The notes beneath the pieces are model-generated. The model saw nothing but the letters and a program-made list of their open reading frames with translations, was not told the origin of the DNA and ran no database searches. A stretch of 64,000 bases of DNA from Stegostoma tigrinum (Eukaryota), in assembly GCF_030684315.1 (NCBI RefSeq), contig NC_081386.1, positions 17,369,914 through 17,433,913 of the forward strand. Reading direction: 5' to 3'. The position numbers and the translations under genes were made by a program. Numbering within the stretch: position 1 is the stretch's first letter; every line of letters starts with the position of its first letter. Positions 25,430-37,734 of the stretch are shown one piece after another.

Positions 25430-26937
25430 TGCGGGTGAACATTTGCTTAATATGGAAAGTCATCTTGGGGCCTGGCATAGGGGTGAGGGAGGTGGTGTGG
25501 GGGCAAGTGTAGCACTTCCTGCGGTTGCAGGAGAAGGTGCCGGGTGTGGTGGGGTTGGAGGGGAGTGTGGAGCATTCAAGGGAGTCACGGAGAGCGTGGT
25601 CTCTCTGGAAGGCAGACAAGGGTGGGGATGGAAAAATGTCTTGGGTGGTGGGGTTGAATTGTAGATGGCGGAAGCATCGAAGGATGGTGCGTTGTATCCG
25701 GAGGTTGGTGGGGTGGTGTGTGAGAACGAGGGGGATCCTCCTGGGGCAGTTGTGGCGGGGGCAGGGTGTGAGGGATGTGTTGCGGGAGACGTGGTCAAGG
25801 GCGTTCTTGACCATTGCTGGGGGAAAGTTGCGGTCCTTGAAGAACATGGACATCTGGGATGTGCGGGAGTGGAATGCCTCCTCCTGGGAGCAGATGCGGC
25901 GGAGGCGGAGGAATTGGCAATAGGGAATGGAATTTTTGCAGCAGGGTGGGTGGGAGGAGGTATATTCTAGGTAGCTGTGGGAGTCGGTGGGCTTGAAATA
26001 GACATCAATTTCTAGCTGGGTACCTGAGATGGAGACTGAGGTCCAGGAAGGTGAGGGATGTGTTGGAGATGGGCCAGGTGAACTTGAGGTTGGGTTGGAA
26101 GGTGTAGGTCCAGTCCCTATACACCTGTATTCCTCATGCAGATGGCCTCAAGTCCCTCCGTTTCTTCCTGTCCCGCAGGCCCGACCAGTCCCCCTCCTCC
26201 GACACCCTCATGGGCCTAGCCTAACTCGTCCTCACCCTCAACAACTTCTCTTTGGATTCCTCCCACTTCCTACAGACAAAGCGGGTTGCCATGGGCCCAA
26301 GCTATGCCTGCCTCTTTGTAGGTTACGTGGAACAGTCCCTCTTCCGCACCTACACAGGGCCCAAACCCCACCTCTTCCTCTGTTACATTGATGACTGTAT
26401 CGGCACCACCTCTTGCTCCCAAGAGGAGTTCGAACAGTTCATCCACTTCACCAACACCTTCCACCCCAACCCTGCAGCCCAATGGCATCAATGTGGACTT
26501 CACAAGCTGCAAAATCTCCCCTTCCCCCACTGCATCCCAAAACCAGCCCAGTTAGTCCCCTCCCCCCACTGCATCCCAAAATCAGCCCAGTCTGTCTCTA
26601 TCTCCCTCACCTGTTCTTCCTCTCACCCATCCCTTCCTCCCACCTCAAGCCGCACCTCCATTTCCTACCTACTAACCTCATCCCGCCTCCTTGACCTGTC
26701 CGTCTTCCCTGGACTGACCTATCCCCTACCTACCTCCTCACCTATACTCTACTCTCCTCTCTACCTACCTTCTTTTCTCTTCATCTTTGGTCCGCCTCTC
26801 CCTTTCTCCCTATTTATTCTAGAGCCCTCTCCCCATCCCCCCTCTCTGATGAAGGGTCTAGGCCTGAAATGTCAGCGTTTGTGCTTCTGAGATGCTGCTT
26901 GGCCTGCTGTGTTCATCCAGCTTCACACTTTGTTGTC
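25424..26937. mobile_element. Rearranged Penelope-like element (inverted middle segment, RT segment, 3' tail)
   Basis: Plus part: AMGPSYACLFVGYVE...YIDDC (Penelope RT). Minus part: RIPLVLTHHP...CNRRKCYTC. Tail is very similar to the copy at 37.2-37.7 kb. Confidence 0.9.
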
Positions 26938-27150
26938 AGAGAATAAGGTATTTCTTTTGCTAGTGTCTTGGCCAATATTCTCTTCTTCATGCAACAGAAT
27001 GAAAGCACATCACTGGAGTTAACATCACTTAAGACGTCAGCCTTTGATACCTTTAAATCCTACTCTTTAAATCCTACTGAAACAATGTTGATTTTTATGT
27101 TAAATATAATAATTAGAATAACATTTGGTTGGCTAATTTGCTGGTGGTAT

Positions 27151-27667
27151 AAGACCATGAGACATAGGAGTGGAAGTAAGGCCATTCGACACATCGAGTC
27201 CACTCCGCCATTTAATCATGGCTGGGCATTTCACCTCCACTTCCTTGCACTCTCCCCGTAGCCCTTGATTCCTTGTGAGATCAAGAATTTATCGATCTCT
27301 GCCTTGAAGACATTTAATGTCCCGGCCTCCACTGCACTCCGTGGCAATGAATTCCACAGACCCACCACTCTTGGGCTGAAGAAATGTCTCCTCATTTCCG
27401 TTCTAAATTGACCCCCTCTAATTCTAAGGCTGTGCCCATGGGTCCTAATCTTCCTGCCTAACGGAAACAACTTCCCAGCGTCCACCCTTTCTAAGCCATA
27501 CATTATCTTGTAAATTTCTATTAGATCTCCCCTCAACCTTCTAAACTCCAATGAATACAATCCCAGGATCCTTAGCCATTCATTGTACGTTAAACCTACC
27601 ATTCCAGGGATCATCCGTGCGAATCTCCGCTGGACACGCTCCAGGGCCAGTATGTCCTTCCTGAGGT
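27151..27667 (-). mobile_element. CR1/HER1-type LINE 3' fragment, relatively young
   Basis: Open 149-aa frame LERVQRRFARMIPGM...LEFRRLRGDLIEIYK...RVVGLWNSLP; flanked by GGTAT on both sides. Confidence 0.92.
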
Positions 27668-27769
27668 ATGCTGTGTGCAAATTGGCTACTGTATTTAACT
27701 AATATTAGTAACTGCTGTCAAGTAATTAAGTGGACGGAGATCACTCTGGCACATTTTGAAATGCTTTTT

Positions 27770-28104
27770 GTTTATTTATTCATGGGATGAGGACGTTGCT
27801 GACTAGGCCAGTGTTTATTCCCCATTCCTAATGGCCGAGAGAGTCAACCATATCACTGTGGGTCCGGAGTCACATGTAGGCCAGAGTACATAAGGATGGC
27901 AGTTTTCCTTCCTTAAAGAACATAAATGAACCAGGTTGGTTTTTCTGACAGTTGACAATGGATTTGTGGTCGTCATTTAAACTCTTAATTCCAGATATTT
28001 ATTGAGTTTAAATTCTACCATCTGCCGTGCTGGGGTTCATAACACAGATCCCCAGATATGACCTGGATATTTGGATTAATAGATCAGCGATAATGCCACT
28101 AGCC
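27770..28104 (-). mobile_element. tRNA-derived SINE (SacSINE1-like family)
   Basis: Near full-length match to the copy at 57025-57372. Confidence 0.8.
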
Positions 28105-28529
28105 CTTATTACATGCAATTTTGATAAACCGCTTTTCTCTTCATTGCTGCTATTTTTGCCCCCCTTTTCAGAAAAGTAATCGTCACTGTATATCATTTTG
28201 ACCATTTTGACCTCCACCTTCTGTCCCTGGCTGGGAGGAGAAATGGAAGTCTGTTGCGTAGATTTGATTGTTTCCAAATATGGATTTGATTTTATGTAGG
28301 TAATGCCACAAACATTGCAGCAAAAACTGAAAATCTAAGTTTATCCTGGTATATACTCCTCCAAAGAATACTGAACCCAACTAGGAACCACATTCTTTCA
28401 GAGCAAAGCTATGTTGCTTGCATACTCATACACTTCCGACTTTGCAATGGCTGTGAAACATCATCTTTTTAAACTGTAATTCATCTTTCCCATAAATAAA
28501 GTGTTAGTTCCTAAAATGGCCTAATACAT

Positions 28530-28580
28530 GACAATAAAATATGAGGCCGGATGAACACAGCAGGCCAAGCAGCATCCCAG
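28530..28580 (-). mobile_element. 51-bp Penelope tail fragment with 12-bp TSD
   Basis: Flanked by GGCCTAATACAT at 28518-28529 and 28581-28592. Insert matches 37238-37287. Confidence 0.85.
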
Positions 28581-29872
28581 GGCCTAATACATCTCCATTC
28601 CTTTATCAAGAAATGTTGCTCTTGTTTTCTTCCAAACTGAAATCTTCTGATTATTGCACAAAAGGAGGAAACTGATTAAGAGATTAATATTGATGTGTAT
28701 GCGTGTGTGTGTGTGTACACTCTTATTAACCAAGTTCATTGACATTACCCGTTCATTGTGTAAAAATACCTATCATGCAGCTTCTATAGTGTTTTCTCAA
28801 GTGCATATATAAAAGTATGCTAAACAAAACTGGTGAAAAGTTAACAAGTTTAATAGAGTGAAAATAATGTGTGAATTTCTTTTCAAAGACTCCTGTTTTA
28901 TGCCTGAGAGTTGACGTAATGGCTCGCTTTCAGTTGTCAAATTACATGGTCAAAATGTCAGCAATGACATTTCATTTTATGTGCAGTTAGGGAATAATCA
29001 TTGACTACTTAGTGCAGAGGATTTGATGTGTCATAGAGTTGGGCAATAAACGTTAGCCTAGCCAAATGTTCCCCACAGAAACCGGTTGTCATCTTGAAAT
29101 GTTGCAGTCCATGTGGTGTAGGTACAGCTATTATGCTGTTAGGGAGGTTCATGATTTGACCCAGTGACACTGAAGAAATGGCAATATAATTCCAAGTCAG
29201 GATGGTGTCTGTCTTTGAGGGGAACTTGTGTTGGAACACCAACTGCATCTGCTGCCCTTGTACTTTTGGGTGGTACAGGTTGAGAGTTTGGCAGATAGTA
29301 CTGGCATTTGTCGCTATGTTCTGCTCTAACCTTGAAAGAATACCCGGTGCACCAGAGCATTTTGTAACTCTGCCTCATTGTAATCTTTGAATTCTGAGAG
29401 GTTTATGGATTTCATCTACAAAATGCCTGGGATTGTTATGACTCTAATGTTTTTCTTGGCAGTTGTAAGGAGAGACTGTATGGAATGATTTGAGTTTCCT
29501 GGATGAAAACATGGCACTGACCTACTGCATTGTACAATTTCTCATTCTTGAACTTTAGAAAGGACATTGGGATATTTAGATTTATGATTCACACCTCAGC
29601 TTAGTGTCCCACAACAGCAATATTACTATACAAGGCTAGATTTATTTTCAAAAGTAGTTTCCTTAACACAGGCAACAATTTTTGATTTTATTCAGAATGT
29701 TGGTTATGTCCCAGGACTTAGACATTTTTTAACATTTGAAAATCCTTACGGACTATTATTAATGAATGAATTTAACTTGCCGAACTAAACATTTCAGATT
29801 TTTGTTGTTTGTTCAGAAAGAAGTCTGACTAAAATGAAGTTTAATTTGTGTTTCATATTTGTCCTGTGATAG

Positions 29873-30046
29873 GGCCAGCTGTATCTACTGGTGACGGACC
29901 AGGGTTTTCTTACAGAAGAGAAAGTGGTCTGGGAGAGTTTACACAATGTGGACGGAGATGGCAATTTCTGTGACTCTGAATTTCACCTGAGACCTCCATC
30001 TGACCCAGAAACTGTGTACAAAGGACAGCAGGATCAAATAGATCAG
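29873..30046 (+). CDS. MINDY2: MINDY2 coding exon 7
   Basis: gtgatAG|GGC, encodes GQLYLLVTDQGFLTEEKVVWESLHNVDGDGNFCDSEFHLRPPSDPETVYKGQQDQIDQ, donor CAG|GTAAAC; 174 bp. Confidence 0.97.
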
Positions 30047-30125
30047 GTAAACCTGTAAAGAACAAGAATGTCCATTACTAGCTAATTTGACTACACATGA
30101 GCTTAAATGTCTTATCCATAGATTT

Positions 30126-30398
30126 GTAGATTGCCTCCAGTGTGGCAACAAGTCCACACTGACCCTCAGAGCATCCCACCCAGACCCATTCCCCAAATCC
30201 ACCTAATCTACACATTCCTGAACACTCTGGGCAATTTAGCATGGCCAGACAACCTAGCTTGCACATATTTTGGACTGTGGGAGGAAACCCATGCAGACAT
30301 GGGGAGAACATGCAATCTCCGCACAGACAGTGGCCCAAGGGTGAATCGAACCCAGGCCCCTGGCACGATGAGGCAGCAGTGCTTACCACTGAGCCACC
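30126..30398 (-). mobile_element. HE1-type SINE
   Basis: Reverse complement of the HE1-like head and body; matches the copy at 63.7-63.96 kb. Confidence 0.88.
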
Positions 30399-31420
30399 CT
30401 GACACCCCTAAAATTTTAAGGCATGGAACACAACCATGTGCTCAAGGTATTTTTAATCATTTTGCTAAGCTGTTTTACAGCACCTTCTTGGGGCAGGTGG
30501 GATGTGAAGCTGTGTTTGTTGGCTCCAAGGAAGGGACAATCATTGATTTAATGATGCAGCATTTTGACTCCAGCACTTAGCATTGAAGAACAAAACAGAT
30601 ATGGTTGCAAAATAGAAGGAAAATCTTAGACTTGGGAGCCGAGGATATGCTGGTAAAAATTGTCTTGAAATTAAACAGATAGCAGGATAACAGGAATGCA
30701 GCAAAAGTTTCAAACTGCGTTCTGGTTATTCTGGCTGAATGGCCAGCGGTACAATTGAAGTAAAAGAGAAACCTATTGGAAAAGGCATGTGCAAGATGTG
30801 AAACTGAAGGAGATAACAACTGGTTTTACTGCAACTTCTAGCTTCTGTCTTCTGCTTCATGGGGCAGAGGAATTTTCCTCTAATCATTAGCGTCACTTGG
30901 CTCTCTTAAATTGGAACTCTGGTTTATCTCTTGAAATGCGTGAAAAGCTAATGAGTTGATCTGTTTAATCTTTCAGGGGCAAAGTTTCAGGAGGGGGATT
31001 AGAAAGGGCAAATGGTAGCTTCAGTTTTTGCACTTAATGATCAAAATTCCAGCCTGTTCATTTTATGGTTTCATAAGTAACCATCTGAATATTTCTGCAA
31101 ATCCCAAAACTATTGTGAACATTTAGATACCTGATCAAAGAAATTCCAAAGCTTAAATTTATAAAGGATTCTGATTCAAGTATAAAATCTCAAGGAGAAA
31201 GGTGTACAAATAAGGGCATTCAGGAATTCTTTGTGCTATTCCATTTTAACGTTAAAGTAATGACTTTGAAATCATGTATAATATCCCATGCACAATAATT
31301 CTTTTAAGTTTTCAAAACTTTAAGGCATGTTTTATCTTTTCAGTATGTATGTACATTTCAAGGTTAATGACTGATCCCTAATCTAGGGATTTCCTGATTG
31401 GACGTTATTTCTTCTCTCAG

Positions 31421-31597
31421 GACTATTTGATGGCCTTGTCCTTACAGCAGGAGCAGCAAAGCCAGGACTTATCCTGGGAGCAGATTCCAGAAGGAATAAG
31501 TGATCTTGAACTCGCAAAAAAACTGCAGGAAGAAGAAGACAGACGAGCATCCCAGTTCTATCATGAACAGGAACAGGCAGCTGCAGCTCAAAGCCAG
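31421..31597 (+). CDS. MINDY2: MINDY2 coding exon 8 (tandem MIU ubiquitin-binding motifs)
   Basis: ctctcAG|GAC, encodes DYLMALSLQQE...SDLELAKKLQEEEDRRASQFYHEQEQAAAAQSQ, donor CAG|GTAATG; 177 bp. Confidence 0.96.
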
Positions 31598-32339
31598 GTA
31601 ATGAAATGTGACCTGAAATCACTTTGTGCAGTTCTGGTCACCTAATTTGAGGAAGGATATTGTTGACCCTGCGTGGTGAGCAGCAAACTTGATTCCTTAA
31701 AATCTACCAACATTTTGTGAAAGATTAAGGAAATTCAGGTTCGTTTCTTAGGAAAAAGGTTTTGTTTGAATTTGAAAATGAGGAAGTTAATTAAATATTG
31801 ATGTGGACAATTATTCACATCTTCCGAAAGGCTTGTCTCACTCTGGGAATTCTATGTAGATCCATTTTAATTAGCTTATATTACGTAACAGCTCCCAGCG
31901 AGGTTGGGAACAGATCAGATGTTGAAAGAATATCATTATTTTAAGAATCATTTTTAACTTTTCCCTTACTGTTGGAAAGTCATTTTGACCACTGTGTTCT
32001 CCATAACTACCATCAACAACAAGGTCATCTGCCAAAACAGCAGTATTCTTTCAATAAAACAAACACAATGTTGGACAAACTCAGGTCTTGTAGCATCTGT
32101 GGAGATAGAAACAGTTAATGTTTTGAGTGTATGACTTCTTCAGAATGCTTTCATGGGCTGGAAGGTCTCTTTTCCAAGAACGGCAAAACCTATGATGTAG
32201 CAGTTTGAAAACTTGGTTACAGTAGCAGTTAAAACCCTGTCTGTAGATGCAGGTGCAGTGTCATCCTAAAATTACTGTTCCTTTTTATCATTCAGTTATT
32301 ATGATTTAAGATTCAGTATATTTTCCCCTCAAATTCCAG

Positions 32340-32450
32340 GAAGGTCAACAATCGCAGGCAGCAGCTGCTGGCAAACAGCTTGGGGGCACTGAACGGAAAC
32401 AGCGCAAGGAAACAAAGGAAAAAGAAAAGGACAAGTGCATTCTCTTATGA
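32340..32450 (+). CDS. MINDY2: MINDY2 terminal coding exon 9, ending in CaaX-like CILL
   Basis: aattccAG|GAA, encodes EGQQSQAAAAGKQLGGTERKQRKETKEKEKDKCILL, TGA at 32448-32450. Confidence 0.93.
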   Translation, partial: EGQQSQAAAAGKQLGGTERKQRKETKEKEKDKCILL

Positions 32451-35400
32451 TGGGGGGTTGGAGTTTACCAGAAACTAAGTGCATAACCCTTAAAAGATGA
32501 TATGCCGCCTGTGCCTGATCCTGAATTGTTGACACTTTGAGAAGCGAAGGGATGACTTCTTTAATACAGTCGGCCAAACTTAGTTCAATGTTGCACAATG
32601 CACTATATTCTCAACGGAGTTTCTATGGCATTGATTGATGCAGTTACATTTCATTTAACGTAAATCATTGTTGAAAACATAAAAGAAGCACCTTTACGTG
32701 TTAACAGTGAAATCACAATGCTTGTTTTCTACATCACTTGCATTAATTAATACAATCAGCTAATAAGCTATCTTGGCTAATACTGCCTCATTTTTATTAC
32801 AGGTCAAGGGCAGTTCACGGTATGTTTAGTTTTAATGCTCACAGTAAGTGACAATAGCTAGATTTTTATTTTAGCTTTCATTAAGTGCTACTCGAACTGA
32901 TCACCCCAGTGAATTGCACAAAACAAAGACAAAACAAATAAAAATGGTCTTTCATGCAATGGCTTAAAGATATGAAGACACAAATTTTGAGATACACATG
33001 TAGAAGTTAGACAACATTTTGTCCAATTGACACTTTTTCATGAGCTGGTTTTATTTTGAGCTGTACTAATCTGAAGGAATGCACGGAGACAGGTTAACAT
33101 TTAATAATGGTATCTCTTGCTTCAAGTTTTCTTTAACTGAATGTGCTTTTTTTTGAAGGAATTTAAAATTTTTCTGACAATAATCAATTTTGTGGAAATG
33201 TGTGAAAGCAGAGATTAGGAATGTAAGGTATCAGCAAGTTAGGTAAACAAAATTACAAGTGAATACACTATTTTGAGAAAGGTAGTGCTTTAACAATAAA
33301 GTCGTCAGTTTTTTAAAAATAAGATATGGAAGGCCCAACTCCTGTTGTTGAAACCTTGTGCTCTGCTCAATACATTAACAGCAACATTCTTTCTGATAAC
33401 TGATTTACCTTGTCATTACAGGCTATTTTTTTTTAATGTCTTCAAAATTACTCAGTCAAGCAGTTACTAGGTTGTGTTTCTAAATGGGACCAGTATCCCC
33501 AAATGGTGAAATTATAACATGATAGAAACGTAACTTTGCTCCTTGTGGTTTATGCGATACATTTTGATATGGTGGTAAGATGCTGTGCATGTGTTGTTCG
33601 TTGAGATGTGGCTGCTGAAACATGTAAGCAAACACTAAATTGGTGATGTTGAAGTTTGAAGGAATACTGTCTGAAGGTTCATTTTTATACTGTTTAGGTC
33701 CACTTTAGATTATGATCATCTTTCTAATAATGTAGCTGTTTTTGTGGATTTTAATACATTGACCAGTTTATTTATTTGAATACCTCTAAAAGAGCACCCT
33801 CAGTTAAGAGTGCTTGAAGCAGTTATACATATAGGGAAGCAGAGAGGACATGTTGCAACCTTTTGGTAACTGAGATGGTGGGAGGGGAAATAAAAACATT
33901 AAACCTGTTTACTTAGGCATATTTATTCATTATGAAATCATTTTAAATTATTTCAAGATCGGCAACCCAAACAATTTTTTAATGGTTTTTGAAGGAATCG
34001 TATTGCACTTAGAAATTTCCTTTTATTAGGAAGTTCTTTAACCAGAGCAGGTATAGTGAACAAGATTGTTTGAGGGACTTGCTTTGAATGACCTGGCTGT
34101 GTTGTGGATTAGCTGACATCTGTAATGCATGATAATTTTACTAGGTCCTGCAGTAACTGTTCACCCATTCTATTGTAAAGTTGTATTTGTCTCATTAAAA
34201 TATATTGATATTAAAGGCACCAGAAAATATGTATAGATCTAATTATTTGCAATCCTAGACTAGCATTTCTACACAAGATTTTGTTGTAAATTTTCAAGAA
34301 CATATATTAAATACCTAAACCAGACTGGTACTGAAAGTGTTGTACAATTGCCTACCAATAAAAAACATCTTAGGAGTCCATTGCAAAATTGGGCAACTGT
34401 GTTCAAATCTGTAACAGACTCAAAGTGGAGACTGAGATGAGAGTCTTGTGTAGCAAGTGCAACTCTGCTTATGGGTATATCCAGTACCTTAGTAATCCAG
34501 TATGTGCAATTGACTATTTTTCATGCTCTGTATAAGGACAGCTAAGAAGGATGCCAGAAGTCACGTTCTGGACCAAATATGCTTTAAATATCATTTTGTT
34601 CTGTGTTTGCCCATTTATAAGGAATGGTTACAATTAAGCTATTCTGCAAAGCAGATTTCGTGAATTATATTCAGAATACAGGTTCTGAATGCTTTGTTGA
34701 AATTTGGTGCATGAAAGCTCAAAATTGACCAAATCTTTTCATTTCCGAAGAAGCTATATGTTGCCATTTGACGTGGTACATTAAAACACTGACCAGATAT
34801 TTTAACCACATCAACCTCATTTTCTCAGAGATTTAATCTCTTGCAGCACCTTTTGGGTCGAGGGTTATCACAAATATCTCTATCATAATGCATAATAAAG
34901 TTAGCAACATAATGCTTGTGTATTTGACTATCAATAGCAATGGAAAAGCAACGTGCAGAACAGTATTTGTTACTTTCAATTATTTTAGTTTTACTTTTCA
35001 GTTTATTTCAGGGTCTTTGAGACTTGTCATTTACCAAAATACTTGTGATTTTTAAAAAAAATATGCATTGTGAAATATGATGTACATGTTTCAAGTCTGC
35101 TCTATGTACCTTGTTTTAAGTATTTTCTGGATTACAGCAACCATAATATTTGTTGCTTGTTTTGTTGCAAGTCCTGCACTTTTAGAAGTTATTGCCTTTT
35201 GGAAGTTTTGGATTCAAAACATTTAAATTCCTTTTTATTTTTTGTGACCAAACATGTATGTAGCATACTGCCTTGAGGTGTGTTATGTACTTGTTGGAGT
35301 GGATCATGTGAGTTTCGACAATCTCCTGTCCGACTTTCTTAGGTGGCACAAAAATTGGGACAGACACAATAAGAAGTAATTGCAAAGAAAAGCTTTCTGT

Positions 35401-36280
35401 GGAACAGAGACTTTGAGTTCATGTTTTTGATGTTAATTAAAGGTTGAGAGCGTAGTGAATTGTTGGTATCTGCATTTTGTTACACACATCCACTTTGGGA
35501 AAAAATTGAAGATAGCAGCATATTGTGCCATAACAATTCCCACGTTCCACTTTTGCAAGTAAACCCACAATGTTAGATTTAATGCTTTGTATGTATTTTA
35601 TTTTATTTTATTTTATTCATTTGCAATATATTGAGAGTTATCTGAACTTCAAGGAGGAGCAATTGAAAAATATTTGGCTAACAGAATTTCTAGGTTTTTG
35701 AAATCTTAAAATAGGAAGCAGCAACATGTTTGCAAACAGGGGGAAAACAATGAACAAAAATGTTTAACATGGAACCAGGTGTACAAATGAGAGAATATCA
35801 GTTTAGGGATTTGGGTGTCAGAGTTGTTCAAAACCACTGTCCATTTTACAATTGTAGAATTATTGATGTTTACACCTTAAAACTGACAAATCTATTAGCC
35901 CATGTCGCATTGCAGAGCTTTTGCTGTGTTTGGCATAGATTGAGCACGAAATGCTAAGCAGTGAGTGGTATCGGAATAGTCTCTTGTAAATTTGTGCAAG
36001 AAATTTTAGGAAATGGTATACTGTGACCAAATCAGCTTTACCAGCTGAACTGTACACCCATTAGTGCCTAGAAAACCATCAAAAAGAGTAAAATGTGGCT
36101 TTATTTGCAGTTTGACAAGTGAAACATTACTGGAATCATGTTACATTGGAACATTCAACTTTGGTCAAATGTCTTTAATTTATTTGGTACCAATTAGTGC
36201 AAAGACTTCTGTTGTAGCAGAAGGCTGTGAAAATTGTAAAACATTAAACTAAAATAAAAACACATTTCTTGCAATGATAC
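32451..36280 (+). other. MINDY2: MINDY2 3'UTR (about 3.8 kb, AU-rich, no recognisable repeat insertions)
   Basis: Runs from the stop codon to AATAAA at 36253 followed by a GT-rich element. The end is inferred; earlier AATAAA hexamers exist (e.g. 33295, 33889). Confidence 0.6.
36253..36258 (+). terminator. Probable distal polyadenylation signal of MINDY2
   Basis: AATAAA preceded by ATTAAA (36243) and followed about 20 nt later by TTGTGTTTGG. Confidence 0.6.
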
Positions 36281-37200
36281 TTGTGTTTGGAATTATTTCA
36301 ATATAACTACTTTTTTGAACAATTCCAACTTTTTAATGCAAAAAGTGTCTTGAAGTACTTGAAATAAGCATGAGATAAGATTAATAAGAATCTAAATTGC
36401 ATATTTAATGGCTTAGTACTTTGAGGCCTGTGGGGTATAAGGCTGTTACTATAGGTTTAAAACAAAAACACATCAGTTTGGGTATTTTAACTTACAAGTT
36501 TTCTATCTTAGTTTCCTGTGGTGATTTTTTATTTTGTTGCAGCTATTTTTCAGTGTCCTCCACTTTCATATATGTAGCTTTCTGGACAGATTTAGTTAAA
36601 CTATTGTCATTGACCAAATATCCATGTATGTTAATTAAGCATAGACAGTAATACTTGGCAATCCTGTCTGATTTTTCTCCTCTGCTTCAGACCATAAAAC
36701 ATGATGTAGGGGTATTTTAATAGATCAAGACCAGCAACAGACTGATCTTAACAGGAACACCGATGACAATGAATTAATTTAAAAGTTTACGGCAGTATGG
36801 AAAGCTGAAAATTATGTCTTGATCCTACTAAAATAATCAGTTCCCAATAACTACAACATTATCAACTCACTCAGGTCTAAAAACCTTTTTATCATCCAAT
36901 GATGCCCTGTATATTGAATTGGCAGCACGTCATTCTGAATTTGTGGCTATCGACACTCTTGTCAATTTTCCAATCATTGTCTTTTGCTCTCAATTTCATC
37001 ACCCCTTACCCATCTGAATGTTCTGCTACTCCAGGCTCCCAAATTTCCTTAAAACACTTAAAGCAATCCTCATGTTACAGACTGGAGACATTGTCAGATT
37101 TTAACCATAAAACTGCTTTTCTCCTGGCTATACCTCCACCATAGAAAGTCAGCAAAAGAAAGAAATTGGTAAATTAGAAAAATGTGAACCATTAAGAATC

Positions 37201-37734
37201 AGAGATAATGGGAACTGCAGATGCTGGAGATTCCAAGATAATAAAATGTGAGGCTGGATGAACACAGCAGGCCAAGCAGCATCTCAGGAGCACAAAAGCT
37301 GACGTTTCGGGCCTAGACCCTTCATCAGAGAGGGGGATGGGGGGAGGGAACTGGAATAAATAGGGAGAGAGGGGGAGGCGGACCGAAGATGGAGAGTAAA
37401 GAAGATAGGTGGAGAGAGTGTAGGTGGGGAGGTAGGGAGGGGATAGGTCAGTCCAGGGAAGACGGACAGGTCAAGGAGGTGGGATGAGGTTAGTAGGTAG
37501 TGGGGGGTGCGGCTAGGGGTGGGAGGAAGGGATGGGTGAGAGGAAGAACCGATTAGGGAGGCAGAGACAGGTTGGACTGGTTTTGGGATGCAGTGGGTGG
37601 GGGGGGAAGAGCTGGGCTGGTTGTGTGGTGCAGTGGGGGGAGGGGACGAACTGGGCTGGTTGAGGGATGCAGTAGGGGAAGGGGAGATTTTGAAACTGGT
37701 GAAGTCCACATTGATACCATATGGCTGCAGGGTT
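37201..37734 (-). mobile_element. Penelope-like pseudo-LTR / 3' tail, young copy with intact hammerhead core
   Basis: Flanked by CCATTAAGAATC (37189-37200) and CCATTAAGCATC (37735-37746). Retains CpGs. Highly similar to 26471-26937. Confidence 0.9.

Noticed and set aside
25158-25853. 231-aa chimeric Penelope/CR1 ORF as a new fusion gene
   Set aside because: A chance in-frame junction of two decayed elements, antisense in an intron, with no evidence of expression.
33138-35183. miRNA seed matches in the MINDY2 3'UTR (miR-181, miR-130, miR-25/92, miR-17 types)
   Set aside because: Seven-mers are expected by chance in 3.8 kb; meaningless without conservation data.
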